From Vampirovibrionaceae bacterium NZW_1234 (lineage in GTDB: Bacteria; Cyanobacteriota; Vampirovibrionia; Vampirovibrionales; JAGQHJ01): a DNA stretch of 64,000 bases. The stretch spans positions 64,001 through 128,000 of the forward strand of contig JBGUGD010000039.1 of the NCBI GenBank assembly GCA_041697335.1, written 5' to 3'. Positions 48,634 through 57,706 of the stretch are shown piece after piece. The number at the start of each line of letters is the position of its first letter. Position 1 is the first letter of the stretch. A program made the translations under genes and the position numbers. The notes under the pieces were generated by a model. The model did not search any database. It was not told the origin of the DNA and saw nothing but the letters and a program-made list of their open reading frames with translations.

Positions 48634-50013
48634 ATGCTGACCGCGTCATTAATGTCCTCATCCTCTCCCACAGCCCAGGAGTTGGAGGCCTTACTGGCAG
48701 TATTAGCCCACACGGATCCAAGTCGGGTGATGACTTACAGTCAAGCAGGCAAACTGGCCTCGATCATTCCCGCTTGGGATCGCCTCACACAAACCGATTG
48801 GAATACCCAACACCAAACCCACCATTACCCGCTGGATGTGCATACCTTTGAAGTCATCAGCCAGACCAAAGCCTCCCCCCATTTTTCACCTTTAACCGCC
48901 TATCAAAAAGAAATTACACTGCTCAGCGCGTTGCTCCATGACATTGATAAAAACACGGGTCCTGCGTGGCTTCGCCCTAAGATCCCAGTGGACAAGCTCC
49001 ACCCCATCAAGTCAGCCGAGATGAGTCGCGAGATTTTAGCCCCTCTCGGGGTATCCTGGGAGGCCCTCCAGCGTATTTATACGTTGATTCATCATCATCA
49101 GGCCATTGGGCGACTGTTTATCTTCTTCCCAGAAGGGGCTCCGCATGCGGTACTGCAGAAAATAGCGTTAAAACTTCGAAGTGTGCCCTTACTCCATTGC
49201 TTGTTGGCCTTGTCTCAAGGCGACATTAGCGGAGTTAAGGAGAACAATGCCCTCTTTACTGAGAATGTGGCCACCCGGATTGTGGCGTATGCTGAAAGCA
49301 TTGGCCAGGAGATTTATCATGCCCGGCATCGAATTGCCTTGCTCCCCCAGAACTGGACATTAGAAGACACCGGTCAAGACCAGCCCAAGCTGACGAACTT
49401 CCAAGGCTTTTTCTTTGAAGCCGACTCCGAAGCGGCCCTACAGCAAAAGCTGACGCAATACGCCTTAGGTGGCACATGCCTGCTTCAATATGCGCGCTCC
49501 AAAGAAGAGCTGGCTTACATGTGGAAAGCACCTTATGCCATGGTGTGCCGGGTTCTTCCCGAAAATATGAGTTACGCAGGCCCTCTGCCAACCCCCAACC
49601 TAAAAGAAACGCTGTCCCTGGCAACAATGCCCCTGTTTTATGCCCTCTGGCTGGGGGAAGTCCATCCCACTATCCCTTTGTCTCAGGCCGAAACACACGC
49701 CTTTGAAACCTTACGTGATACCCAGAACCACTATCAGGACACCCTCATAAAACACCCTGCTTATAGCCAAGCGACATGGCATGCCATGGAAGAAGCACTC
49801 TTTGATCCGCATGTATTTTTCAGCGCGGCTAGCAGTCCCGCTTCATGGCTTCATGGGCCTTACTCACAGGCACAACAGGCAACGTGTGACGCATTATGCC
49901 AAAAGGCCCCCTGCTATACTCTTGCGACCCGGCCACACCCCATCGGCCTTCTCTCGAAAACCCAGGAAAAGGCATTCGGCTTGGCCCCGGACACCTTGTG
50001 TTTAATGCTCTAG
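48634..50013 (+). CDS. HD-domain protein with unrecognised C-terminal half
   Basis: AGGAGG RBS; HHYPLDVHT, LLHDIDK, HP..SAE, IHHH (GlnD/CCA-type HD spacing). Confidence 0.8.
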   Translation: MLTASLMSSSSPTAQELEALLAVLAHTDPSRVMTYSQAGKLASIIPAWDRLTQTDWNTQHQTHHYPLDVHTFEVISQTKASPHFSPLTAYQKEITLLSALLHDIDKNTGPAWLRPKIPVDKLHPIKSAEMSREILAPLGVSWEALQRIYTLIHHHQAIGRLFIFFPEGAPHAVLQKIALKLRSVPLLHCLLALSQGDISGVKENNALFTENVATRIVAYAESIGQEIYHARHRIALLPQNWTLEDTGQDQPKLTNFQGFFFEADSEAALQQKLTQYALGGTCLLQYARSKEELAYMWKAPYAMVCRVLPENMSYAGPLPTPNLKETLSLATMPLFYALWLGEVHPTIPLSQAETHAFETLRDTQNHYQDTLIKHPAYSQATWHAMEEALFDPHVFFSAASSPASWLHGPYSQAQQATCDALCQKAPCYTLATRPHPIGLLSKTQEKAFGLAPDTLCLML

Positions 50014-50025
50014 GAGCCCTGCTGT

Positions 50026-51336
50026 ATGCCCCCTAACACACCCTTTCAAGCAGAAATCATTGCGGTTGGTACCGAAGTTCTCATGGGAGAAATCATCAAC
50101 AGCAATGCCAGCTATTTGTCCCAAGCCTTAGCCGAACTGGGCGTCAACGTATACTACCATACCGTGGTGGGCGATAATCCCAACCGGATCAAAGCCGTCT
50201 TTGAAACAGCGATGCGCCGGGCCAACCTGATTGTGGTCACCGGCGGTCTGGGCCCCACAGACGATGATTTAACCGTGGCAACGTTGGCCGAACTGTTTGA
50301 AACACCGATGGTCGCTGACCCAGCATCTGAAGAGCGCATTCGACAGTTTTTCATTGCCCGGGGCATGCCCATGAGTTCCACCAACCTGAAACAGGCCATG
50401 CGCCCTGTCGATGCCGAACCTCTCCCAAACCGGACGGGAACGGCCCCAGGCCTTTTCTGGGATGTGTCTACCCACGTTGCCAAGCGCGGGTGGAACACCG
50501 GGCCGTGCTACATCCTGGCCTTTCCCGGGGTTCCTCGGGAAATGAAAACCATGTGGACCGAGGTCGCCATGGCCAAGCTTAAGCCACTCTTGCCGGAATC
50601 TGCCGTTCTGGTCAGCCGTTCGCTCCAATTTTTCGGCATCGGTGAGTCCATGCTGGGTGAGAAACTTCGGGATTTAATGGCCCAAGCCTCACCTACAGTG
50701 TCGCCCTATGTTGGCCAAGCGGAAGTGCGTATTCGGATTGCAGCCAAAGCCCCGAGTGAAGCCGAAGCCCTGACCCTAATCGAGCCCGTGGCCGGTGAAA
50801 TTCAATCCCGATTAGGCACCTACTGCTTTGGCAGTAACGAGGAGCCCATGGAGGCGGTAGTGGCTCAACTCCTCAGAGCCAAACAGAAAACTGTGTCCGT
50901 GGCCGAATCGTGTACCGGCGGTTTGATCAGCTCCAGGCTGACGGACATCAGCGGCAGCTCGGAGTATGTCCTTCTCAACATGGTGACCTACAGCAATCAG
51001 GCTAAAGAAACCCAGCTGGGCGTGTCTTCTGAAACCCTGGCCTCGTTTGGGGCTGTCAGTGGTCAAGTGGCTGCTGAAATGGCCATGGGTATCCGTGAAA
51101 AAGCCCAAACCGATATTGGCCTAGGCATCACCGGCATTGCCGGGCCCACAGGCGGCACGGATAGCAAACCGGTGGGGCTCGCCTATATCGGCCTTGCCGT
51201 GGCGGACCAATGTCCGATTGTGAAAAAAGTGCTGGTGAATGCCCAATATGATCGCCACCAGATCAAACACTGGTTTAGCCAGTACGCGTTGAATACCTTA
51301 CGCCTGTACCTGCTGGATTCACTTGACCCGGACTAA
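50026..51336 (+). CDS. cinA: CinA (MocF domain plus NMN deamidase PncC)
   Basis: VGTEVL.G...NSN, TGGLGPTDDD.T, GTAPG, PGVPREM, AESCTGG, TGIAGP.GG...KPVG. Confidence 0.95.
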   Translation: MPPNTPFQAEIIAVGTEVLMGEIINSNASYLSQALAELGVNVYYHTVVGDNPNRIKAVFETAMRRANLIVVTGGLGPTDDDLTVATLAELFETPMVADPASEERIRQFFIARGMPMSSTNLKQAMRPVDAEPLPNRTGTAPGLFWDVSTHVAKRGWNTGPCYILAFPGVPREMKTMWTEVAMAKLKPLLPESAVLVSRSLQFFGIGESMLGEKLRDLMAQASPTVSPYVGQAEVRIRIAAKAPSEAEALTLIEPVAGEIQSRLGTYCFGSNEEPMEAVVAQLLRAKQKTVSVAESCTGGLISSRLTDISGSSEYVLLNMVTYSNQAKETQLGVSSETLASFGAVSGQVAAEMAMGIREKAQTDIGLGITGIAGPTGGTDSKPVGLAYIGLAVADQCPIVKKVLVNAQYDRHQIKHWFSQYALNTLRLYLLDSLDPD

Positions 51337-52182
51337 AACAGCCCCACTGGCAGTGGTTTTGGCCGGTTTCTTCAAAATCCCTCGTAACGCCACAATGCGC
51401 TTTTCGATGAATTCCCGGTTGCGGTAATGGGATTTCATACTCAACAGCTTTTCATAGTAGCGAAGGGCCTCGGCCGGGCGGTTGCCATGATCCAAGGAAA
51501 TAGCCAAGCCCAGATAACCCCGAGAGAAATCCGGAGCCATCTCAATGAGTTGGCGAAACATTTTTTCGGACTGTGTGTACTGCCCCTGGCGCATGTAAAT
51601 GCTGCCCAAATTATTGTAGGCAGGCAAGAAGTCGGGCTCAGCGGCAATGATTTCCTCATACAAGCGGGTCGGCTCGGTGAGTTCGCCCTGCAATTCCAGA
51701 CACAAGGCCAGATTAAACTTGGCTTCCGTGTAGTTGGCATCCAACTTCATGGCTTGGCGGAAATGGTGGATTCCTTTGGCCGGCATACCTGCTTCATTAA
51801 AACATTTGGCGGCCTCCACGTGCACTTCCTTATCGAAGGAATTTAAGGATAAGGCTTTATTAAACGTCGCCATGGCCCGTTTGAGATCGCCTTTTCGCCG
51901 AAAACAGCGTCCCATAGCCACATAGGCCTCCACAAACATGGGGTTCAAGGCAATGGCCTTTTCATAAGCCCGAATGGCCTCTTCCACTTCATCCCGAAGC
52001 CGGTGGGTATCCCCTTGAATCAGGTAGTCATAGGCTTCGCCATACTTTTCCACCATGGGGTGTTTGACTTCAACGGAAATGGCCCCGGCAAATTTATTGA
52101 GGGCGGCCAACAATTTGGATGAATAATTAATTTTGGGTTTCTCAGCGGGTGATCCACTCCGACCACTATCAAACTGCGCCAT
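51319..52182 (-). CDS. Tetratricopeptide-repeat protein
   Basis: About six 34-aa TPR-like repeats; AGGAG RBS. Confidence 0.9.
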   Translation of the reverse strand: MAQFDSGRSGSPAEKPKINYSSKLLAALNKFAGAISVEVKHPMVEKYGEAYDYLIQGDTHRLRDEVEEAIRAYEKAIALNPMFVEAYVAMGRCFRRKGDLKRAMATFNKALSLNSFDKEVHVEAAKCFNEAGMPAKGIHHFRQAMKLDANYTEAKFNLALCLELQGELTEPTRLYEEIIAAEPDFLPAYNNLGSIYMRQGQYTQSEKMFRQLIEMAPDFSRGYLGLAISLDHGNRPAEALRYYEKLLSMKSHYRNREFIEKRIVALRGILKKPAKTTASGAVLVRVK

Positions 52183-52391
52183 ACCACATTACTCCTGCTC
52201 TCTCAGCCCACTCTCAAGGCATATTTTCATTTTAGAAGTGCACTCATGGATGGACCTCATCCATATGGTGTAGACCCTGGGCCAATCTTTAAAAGCCCCC
52301 TATCCAGAGGAGAAAAGCAGGCCTATTAAGCGATCTTCACAAATGTGTCAATGTGGATTTTTGAAGAACCCTATCGTTAACGCCAGCACAC

Positions 52392-52428
52392 AAAAAACCA
52401 CCCTTCACGTTCCAGGAAGGGTGGTTTT
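52392..52428. terminator. Intrinsic terminator after the GH9-like gene
   Basis: AAAACCACCCTTC / GAAGGGTGGTTTT. Confidence 0.75.
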
Positions 52429-52465
52429 ATCAAGACTCAGGGCTAAAGCACCAATCTAAGAGAGA

Positions 52466-54361
52466 TTAAAGCGGTTTGGGCCAGTGGCCTTTTTTGATAT
52501 CCGGTTCGTCAAAGCGATCCCGCAAATCCCGCTGCTCTTCTTGCTGTTTATCCCGAATCGGCGCAACCTGCTGGTTCAGAAGCGTCAAGGCATACGCCAA
52601 CTGGGTGCGCTCCAGCAGAGAGTTGAAGGTCAGCTTCTGATAGCCTTTACGCATCCGCTGCCGGGCTTTTGTTTCTGTCTCTTCCAATGCCTTCAGAGAA
52701 TCGGTGCTGATCTTGGCATCCAGGCGCATTATGTTGGAATCTGCGAACTTTTGGCCCATTTTGGTTGCCGCAATCCCGGTTTTTCCAGCCATCCAACCCA
52801 AGGGGTCGGTTAATGCCGAAGCCACTTCATATTTGCCTTCCCGCACGAAGGAAATCTTGTCATACCCATACAAGTTATTGACCCAAGCGGCCAGGGACTG
52901 AATAGCACCGGACTCGCCTTGACGGGCCTGGCTCAGCAACGCCCATACATCCCCAGTGGTGGATTCAGCCGGAGACAACCCTGTACCCTTCGTCATCGAA
53001 CCCAGCAAAAGCGAGTCAAAGGCAGACAAAGACGAGACATGAGATTTCACGGTGTCATAAGCTTTGGCGTACAGCATATCGCTACTGGCCTGACTCATGG
53101 GGGTAGTAGCCAGGTACATCCATTCGGGTTCGGTCTGGGCCGCATGGGCAACCAGATAAGACCAACCCTTTTCAGCCGCACGCAAGAATCGAACCGACAT
53201 ACTCAGATCTTCCTTTTGAAAAGCAAGGGAGGCTGTTGCCAGGGTCATCACCGCGCGAGCCGTAGCTTCTGTGCTTGGAGCCGGTACCAGGGTATAGCGG
53301 GTCACACCACCTTCCGATTGCCGACGGACCCCTTGGGGAAAAGACCCATCCGGTTGCTGGCTGGTCAACAGGTATTGAAGCCCCCAATTGGCTTCATCCA
53401 GAATATCGGGATATTTGCTCTGAGTATAATGCTCACCCACCAATCCCAGGTATTTAAAGGACTTGGGATTAATCAAATAGGTTTGCAGCAGCATTTGAGA
53501 TAGGTTTGCAATATCCACGGTGGATTTTATCAAGTTCTGGTTGTCGTTTTGCGTATACCATCCTCCGGTCACCAATTGCGGCTTGGGACCTTCCGGGGTC
53601 ACTTCGGCCAGCGGATTCACTACATTAAGGTTGTAGCATTGCTGCAGAATGCGAAAGGTGCCATTGTCAGGCGGGCAATGGGCTTTGTTCATATCTTGAA
53701 GCACTGGTTGCAAAGCATCCCAATAAACAGCATCGGAGACATAGATGGGCGCGTCGCTCTTGTGACCACTACCGACTACAGCCAAATCAAAGACACCCTC
53801 AGCCGGGGTCTCGCGAAATTCCACATAAAAGGGAGTGACCGGTGTATCTCCTTGAACCGATTGAATCTTAGAGGGCTCCTTAAACTGCAGACGCTGCTGT
53901 TTTAAGTCATAGAGGTAGAACACACCGCCAATAGGGGTGTTTTTAAACGCTTCCAGTTTGTAATCCGTGATGGCCTTGTTTCGAGCCACGCGCTCGGATT
54001 CGGCCAATTTGCGACGTTCTTCCTTGGTCATGGACTTCTCGTCTTTGAGGGCTTTTTTACGCACCTCGGCCGCAGCTTCCTCCCCTCTCTTCAAGGCTTC
54101 TGCATCAATCTGACTTTGCCAAACCTTCCAAAACGCCTTTTTAGACTCTTTCTCTGCCTCAGATTCCGTTTCAGGAGTTTTTTCGTTCTTTTGACCTTTG
54201 ATGTTGGGCTGTTCACTGAGTTCCAAATAGATTCGCTTGGGCAATAATGGAGAGTACCCCAGGCGCGGCACTAACATCGAATCGGCAAATACCGGCAACG
54301 TATGCGCCAGAATCAAAATGCCCGACATCCCAAGTAAAAACGTTTTACAATAGCGATTCAT
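52466..54361 (-). CDS. Exported glycoside hydrolase family 9-like protein, degenerate
   Basis: Signal peptide (VFA); GY.P..PK; VTGGWY; PDILDEA.WGL.YLL..Q..DGSF; L.AAEK.W.Y. Confidence 0.7.
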   Translation of the reverse strand: MNRYCKTFLLGMSGILILAHTLPVFADSMLVPRLGYSPLLPKRIYLELSEQPNIKGQKNEKTPETESEAEKESKKAFWKVWQSQIDAEALKRGEEAAAEVRKKALKDEKSMTKEERRKLAESERVARNKAITDYKLEAFKNTPIGGVFYLYDLKQQRLQFKEPSKIQSVQGDTPVTPFYVEFRETPAEGVFDLAVVGSGHKSDAPIYVSDAVYWDALQPVLQDMNKAHCPPDNGTFRILQQCYNLNVVNPLAEVTPEGPKPQLVTGGWYTQNDNQNLIKSTVDIANLSQMLLQTYLINPKSFKYLGLVGEHYTQSKYPDILDEANWGLQYLLTSQQPDGSFPQGVRRQSEGGVTRYTLVPAPSTEATARAVMTLATASLAFQKEDLSMSVRFLRAAEKGWSYLVAHAAQTEPEWMYLATTPMSQASSDMLYAKAYDTVKSHVSSLSAFDSLLLGSMTKGTGLSPAESTTGDVWALLSQARQGESGAIQSLAAWVNNLYGYDKISFVREGKYEVASALTDPLGWMAGKTGIAATKMGQKFADSNIMRLDAKISTDSLKALEETETKARQRMRKGYQKLTFNSLLERTQLAYALTLLNQQVAPIRDKQQEEQRDLRDRFDEPDIKKGHWPKPL

Positions 54362-54553
54362 AGGTTGACGCATCCTCTCCAAATTCCAGTCTTAAAGAAT
54401 GGGTTGTTTGACTCAACTACGATTAACTACAATTGTCCCAAAGAATCACATTAACGCCAAGAGGCCGTAAAGAAATTCCCGAGGTTGGTCACATTGTACT
54501 AAGAGTATGCGAAACCGACTAGTGCATCCCCGTCGTGTTTGGATGGCGATGTA

Positions 54554-55402
54554 TTAGGCTGCATAGGGATAAGTTGTCGCATAGGCGTGGGCATAAGGAC
54601 TGGAATAAGGCATGCCATGGGCGCCATAAGACATGAAAGACGGATGAGTGTAGCCTGTATAATACCCACCCCAAGGCATCGCAGCATAAGACAGGGGACT
54701 GGACACCGCCCCAAGAGCGAAGGGATTGAAGATTCGATGCGTATGGTTATCCGCCATCGGTTTGGGTTGGGCCGTCACAGGCTCTGTAACCATCTCCGTT
54801 TGCTCAAGCGAAGGAACGTCAACACCCGCTTCCAAGTTGGCAGGTTTAGAAGCCTGTTCAGCCTGAGGCTTCATGAAATCCGGCATCGGATCCGTCGGGC
54901 GTACCGGATCGAAAATCATGTTGGGTTTCAATTCGAAGGCTTTGTGATTAAACCACAGGTTACAAGGATTGCACTTGAGGAAAATACGCTTGGCCCCGCG
55001 TAAGATACCACCCAGAACACCGTACTCGCGAATGGCCTCGGCCGTATAGGTAGAACATGAAGGGTAATAGGGACAGACACATCCCAAAATGTTTCGGGTG
55101 CCACCCTTGCCATCTTCACGACGCGTCCGTTGTTGATACCATTCAATGGCTTTTAAGCACCAGCGCTGCAACCAGCTTCGGTTGGCATCGGCATCGGTGA
55201 AAGCATCGGTAATTCGTTTTTGATCTTCCACCACACCGGCAAATACGGGAGGGCGTTCCGGATCCAGATGAAGGTCAGTTTTGGGATTCAAGACACTCGG
55301 TGCAGAAGACAGAAAAAGAGGAGCCCTGCCAGCAATCGGCCCGGATGAAACAACAAACCCATTGGGGAGAGAGCTGTTCCGATGAATACAGTGGGCGATC
55401 AT
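54554..55402 (-). CDS. YidD-domain protein with long N- and C-terminal extensions
   Basis: I.WYQ...[15 protein letters not shown]...G......RI..CNP; GAGGAG RBS. Confidence 0.8.
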   Translation of the reverse strand: MIAHCIHRNSSLPNGFVVSSGPIAGRAPLFLSSAPSVLNPKTDLHLDPERPPVFAGVVEDQKRITDAFTDADANRSWLQRWCLKAIEWYQQRTRREDGKGGTRNILGCVCPYYPSCSTYTAEAIREYGVLGGILRGAKRIFLKCNPCNLWFNHKAFELKPNMIFDPVRPTDPMPDFMKPQAEQASKPANLEAGVDVPSLEQTEMVTEPVTAQPKPMADNHTHRIFNPFALGAVSSPLSYAAMPWGGYYTGYTHPSFMSYGAHGMPYSSPYAHAYATTYPYAA

Positions 55403-55512
55403 AGCGAACTCCTCGGTTCAAAATAGGGGGGTTAATTAAGGTTAGTGAGTGGGTGAGTGAATTTCATTTCACTGGTAGAGGAAAGAAGTCTGATTCAGGA
55501 GACATAAACCAT

Positions 55513-56136
55513 CTAGGCAATGCCTAACACCTGTTTAGCCTTATCGAAAGACATCCCGGAAGCTTTTTTGAACTTGCGGCTGAGCTTGGCAATTTCCTTA
55601 GGCTGAGCCCCATTTTCGAGCATAGACAGAATGCTATCAAACATTTTACGAGCTTTGCCAGTCACCCGGGCGCCACCTTTCTGACCGGCAGCGACAGCTT
55701 TACCGACATTTTGGGTAACCTGCTGAACGGCTTCACCATTTTTAAATAAACCCATAACGGCGTCCCAGGTGTATTTCTTCACGAAGCGAGCCACATCCAT
55801 GATGGGATTCCACAGGTATTTAGACAAGAAGCCAGCTTCTTGAGCCGCTTGAGGCAATACTTTGGCACCACCCTTGCCAGCAATTTTACTGCCGGCTTGA
55901 GCGACGGCTTTGGCGGCACCCGCATTGCGGAAGAAATATAACCCGACTCCCGCTAAGGCACCTAAGGCTAAAAACTCAAGACCACCGAACAGAAAATTCG
56001 ATTTCTTGGCCGATTGAGCCGTCTCGAAGCTATCGCCATTGGCCCCGGCAAATTGGATCCCAGAAGCACTGGATTTATTGGATTTTGAAAAACCGGATTG
56101 AGCGTTTTGAATACCATATGCACTAACGTTGTTCAT
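55513..56136 (-). CDS. Basic single-TM hypothetical protein, paralog 1
   Basis: AGGGGG RBS; shares KKSNFLFGGLEFL and GFLSKY..NPIMDVARF.KKYTWDAVMGLFK with paralog 2. Confidence 0.85.
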   Translation of the reverse strand: MNNVSAYGIQNAQSGFSKSNKSSASGIQFAGANGDSFETAQSAKKSNFLFGGLEFLALGALAGVGLYFFRNAGAAKAVAQAGSKIAGKGGAKVLPQAAQEAGFLSKYLWNPIMDVARFVKKYTWDAVMGLFKNGEAVQQVTQNVGKAVAAGQKGGARVTGKARKMFDSILSMLENGAQPKEIAKLSRKFKKASGMSFDKAKQVLGIA

Positions 56137-56232
56137 AAAATCCCCCTAAAAATCAGACTATTAAGTTCCTCCTGAAGCTCAGAGCCAATCTATGGTTGAG
56201 CTGTATACCCTATTAATCACCGTGAAGATTTT

Positions 56233-56250
56233 TTTGTGACACCTTGTAAA
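56233..56250 (-). promoter_or_regulatory. 10-bp-period direct repeat TTTACAAG-GT-GTCACAAA (HLR1/OmpR-type site candidate)
   Basis: Identical copy at 57344..57361; related GTTACATT-TA-GCAACATT at 22610..22627. Confidence 0.4.
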
Positions 56251-56282
56251 CAAATATGAAGACCTGAATGCGGCCAATACAC

Positions 56283-56315
56283 AAAAAAAAACGCCACCGA
56301 GATAACTCTGTGGCG
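56283..56315 (-). terminator. Intrinsic terminator
   Basis: CGCCAC.GAG / CTC.GTGGCG with U9 tail on the - strand. Confidence 0.75.
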
Positions 56316-56445
56316 CTACGTCTGTTTGTTTTCGTCCCAAACCCAACGGGGAGTGCTGGGTCAGTTCGAAAGTGCAGATGTGTGAAGTGGGGGGTTGTAG
56401 TGAGTAGGTGAGTGAGTGTGTGTATGGTAGGTAGTAAGCTTTGGA

Positions 56446-57240
56446 CTAGAGGGCAATCTTGAACTTTTCAACAAACTTGGTGAATTTATAGCCTGTTTGC
56501 TGGTGGAATAAGCGGGTCAGGTTGGCCAGTTGACGCTCACCAGCACCGGCTTTGCGTAATTCTGCAATTTGCGTAAAGAGCTGCTTCAATTCCGGGGTCA
56601 AGCTCTCAAACCCTTTCAGAGACTTGGTAAAAGCACGAGTTGCTTTTTGGCCGGCAGCCACAATGGCTTGCTTACCTTCGGTCGTGGCTGTAGCAACCGC
56701 ATTGCCACCCGCTTTTTGAACAGCTTTGGCTACCTGGGCACCCTTTTTCGTCACTTGTGTGGCAACCTGGCTAACCGCTTGCCCCCCACGCCGAGTGGCA
56801 GATTTAACGGCCTGTTTCCCAACTTCCTGAACAGCTTCACCGCTTTTAAACAAGCCCATAACGGCGTCCCAGGTATATTTTTTAATGAAGCGAGCCACAT
56901 CCATGATGGGATTCAGGATGTACTTGGACAGAAAACCAACTTCTTTCCCAGCCACTTGGCCGCCACCTTGCCCCATGAATTTGGAACCGGCTTGGGTAAT
57001 AGACTTTACCGCACCGGAGTTGCGGAAGAAATAAAGCGCCCCGGCAGCCAGGCCACCTAAGACCAAAAACTCCAGGCCACCAAACAGAAAATTGGACTTT
57101 TTAGACGGCTGAGCCGACTGGAACGTATCCTGACCATTGCCGGCAAAGTGAATACCGGAAGAGGCAGTTGAATTGGAAAAAGTAAATCCAGCTTGCGGTT
57201 GTTGAATTCCGTTTTGACCAAACACACGAACGTTACTCAT
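56446..57240 (-). CDS. Basic single-TM hypothetical protein, paralog 2
   Basis: Tandem duplicate of 55513..56136, including upstream DNA. Confidence 0.85.
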   Translation of the reverse strand: MSNVRVFGQNGIQQPQAGFTFSNSTASSGIHFAGNGQDTFQSAQPSKKSNFLFGGLEFLVLGGLAAGALYFFRNSGAVKSITQAGSKFMGQGGGQVAGKEVGFLSKYILNPIMDVARFIKKYTWDAVMGLFKSGEAVQEVGKQAVKSATRRGGQAVSQVATQVTKKGAQVAKAVQKAGGNAVATATTEGKQAIVAAGQKATRAFTKSLKGFESLTPELKQLFTQIAELRKAGAGERQLANLTRLFHQQTGYKFTKFVEKFKIAL

Positions 57241-57396
57241 AAATCCCCCTAATACATTCTTTCTTTGTTGTTTCCCCTGAAGTTCAACCGTGCTCTTGGC
57301 TCTTGGTTTGAACTTATACCCTATAAATCACCCTGAAGATTTTTTTGTGACACCTTGTAAACATATATGAAGCAAATGCACTCTCCAATGCTCAAG

Positions 57397-57424
57397 AAAA
57401 AAGCTGCTGTACTGAAACAGCAGC
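57397..57424 (-). terminator. Intrinsic terminator
   Basis: GCTGCTGT / ACAGCAGC with U tail on the - strand. Confidence 0.7.
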
Positions 57425-57706
57425 CTTGCGTCTGTATGTTTTCGTATTGAATCCCGCAACAAAGTCTAGTGTGTGTACTAAAGGAGAAATCTAAGCATTA
57501 AAGAGGGTACAGGCAGGTTAAAACAAGAACATTGCGCCACATTTTCCTTCGGCGCTCTATCCAAGCGGTTTATTTCGTCCGATGTTCCCATTAAAACCAA
57601 TGTGTTCACTATACGCCCGGGTCCTTACGGAGGATATAGTAAGTAAACTTATGTATCGTTACAGTTTTTAAACGACGATTACGACACCGGACGCACGCTT
57701 ATGAAA

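Noticed and set aside
48634..52182. Anti-phage defence system (HD plus TPR)
   Set aside because: No Cas3, nuclease or ATPase partners; the neighbours are housekeeping genes
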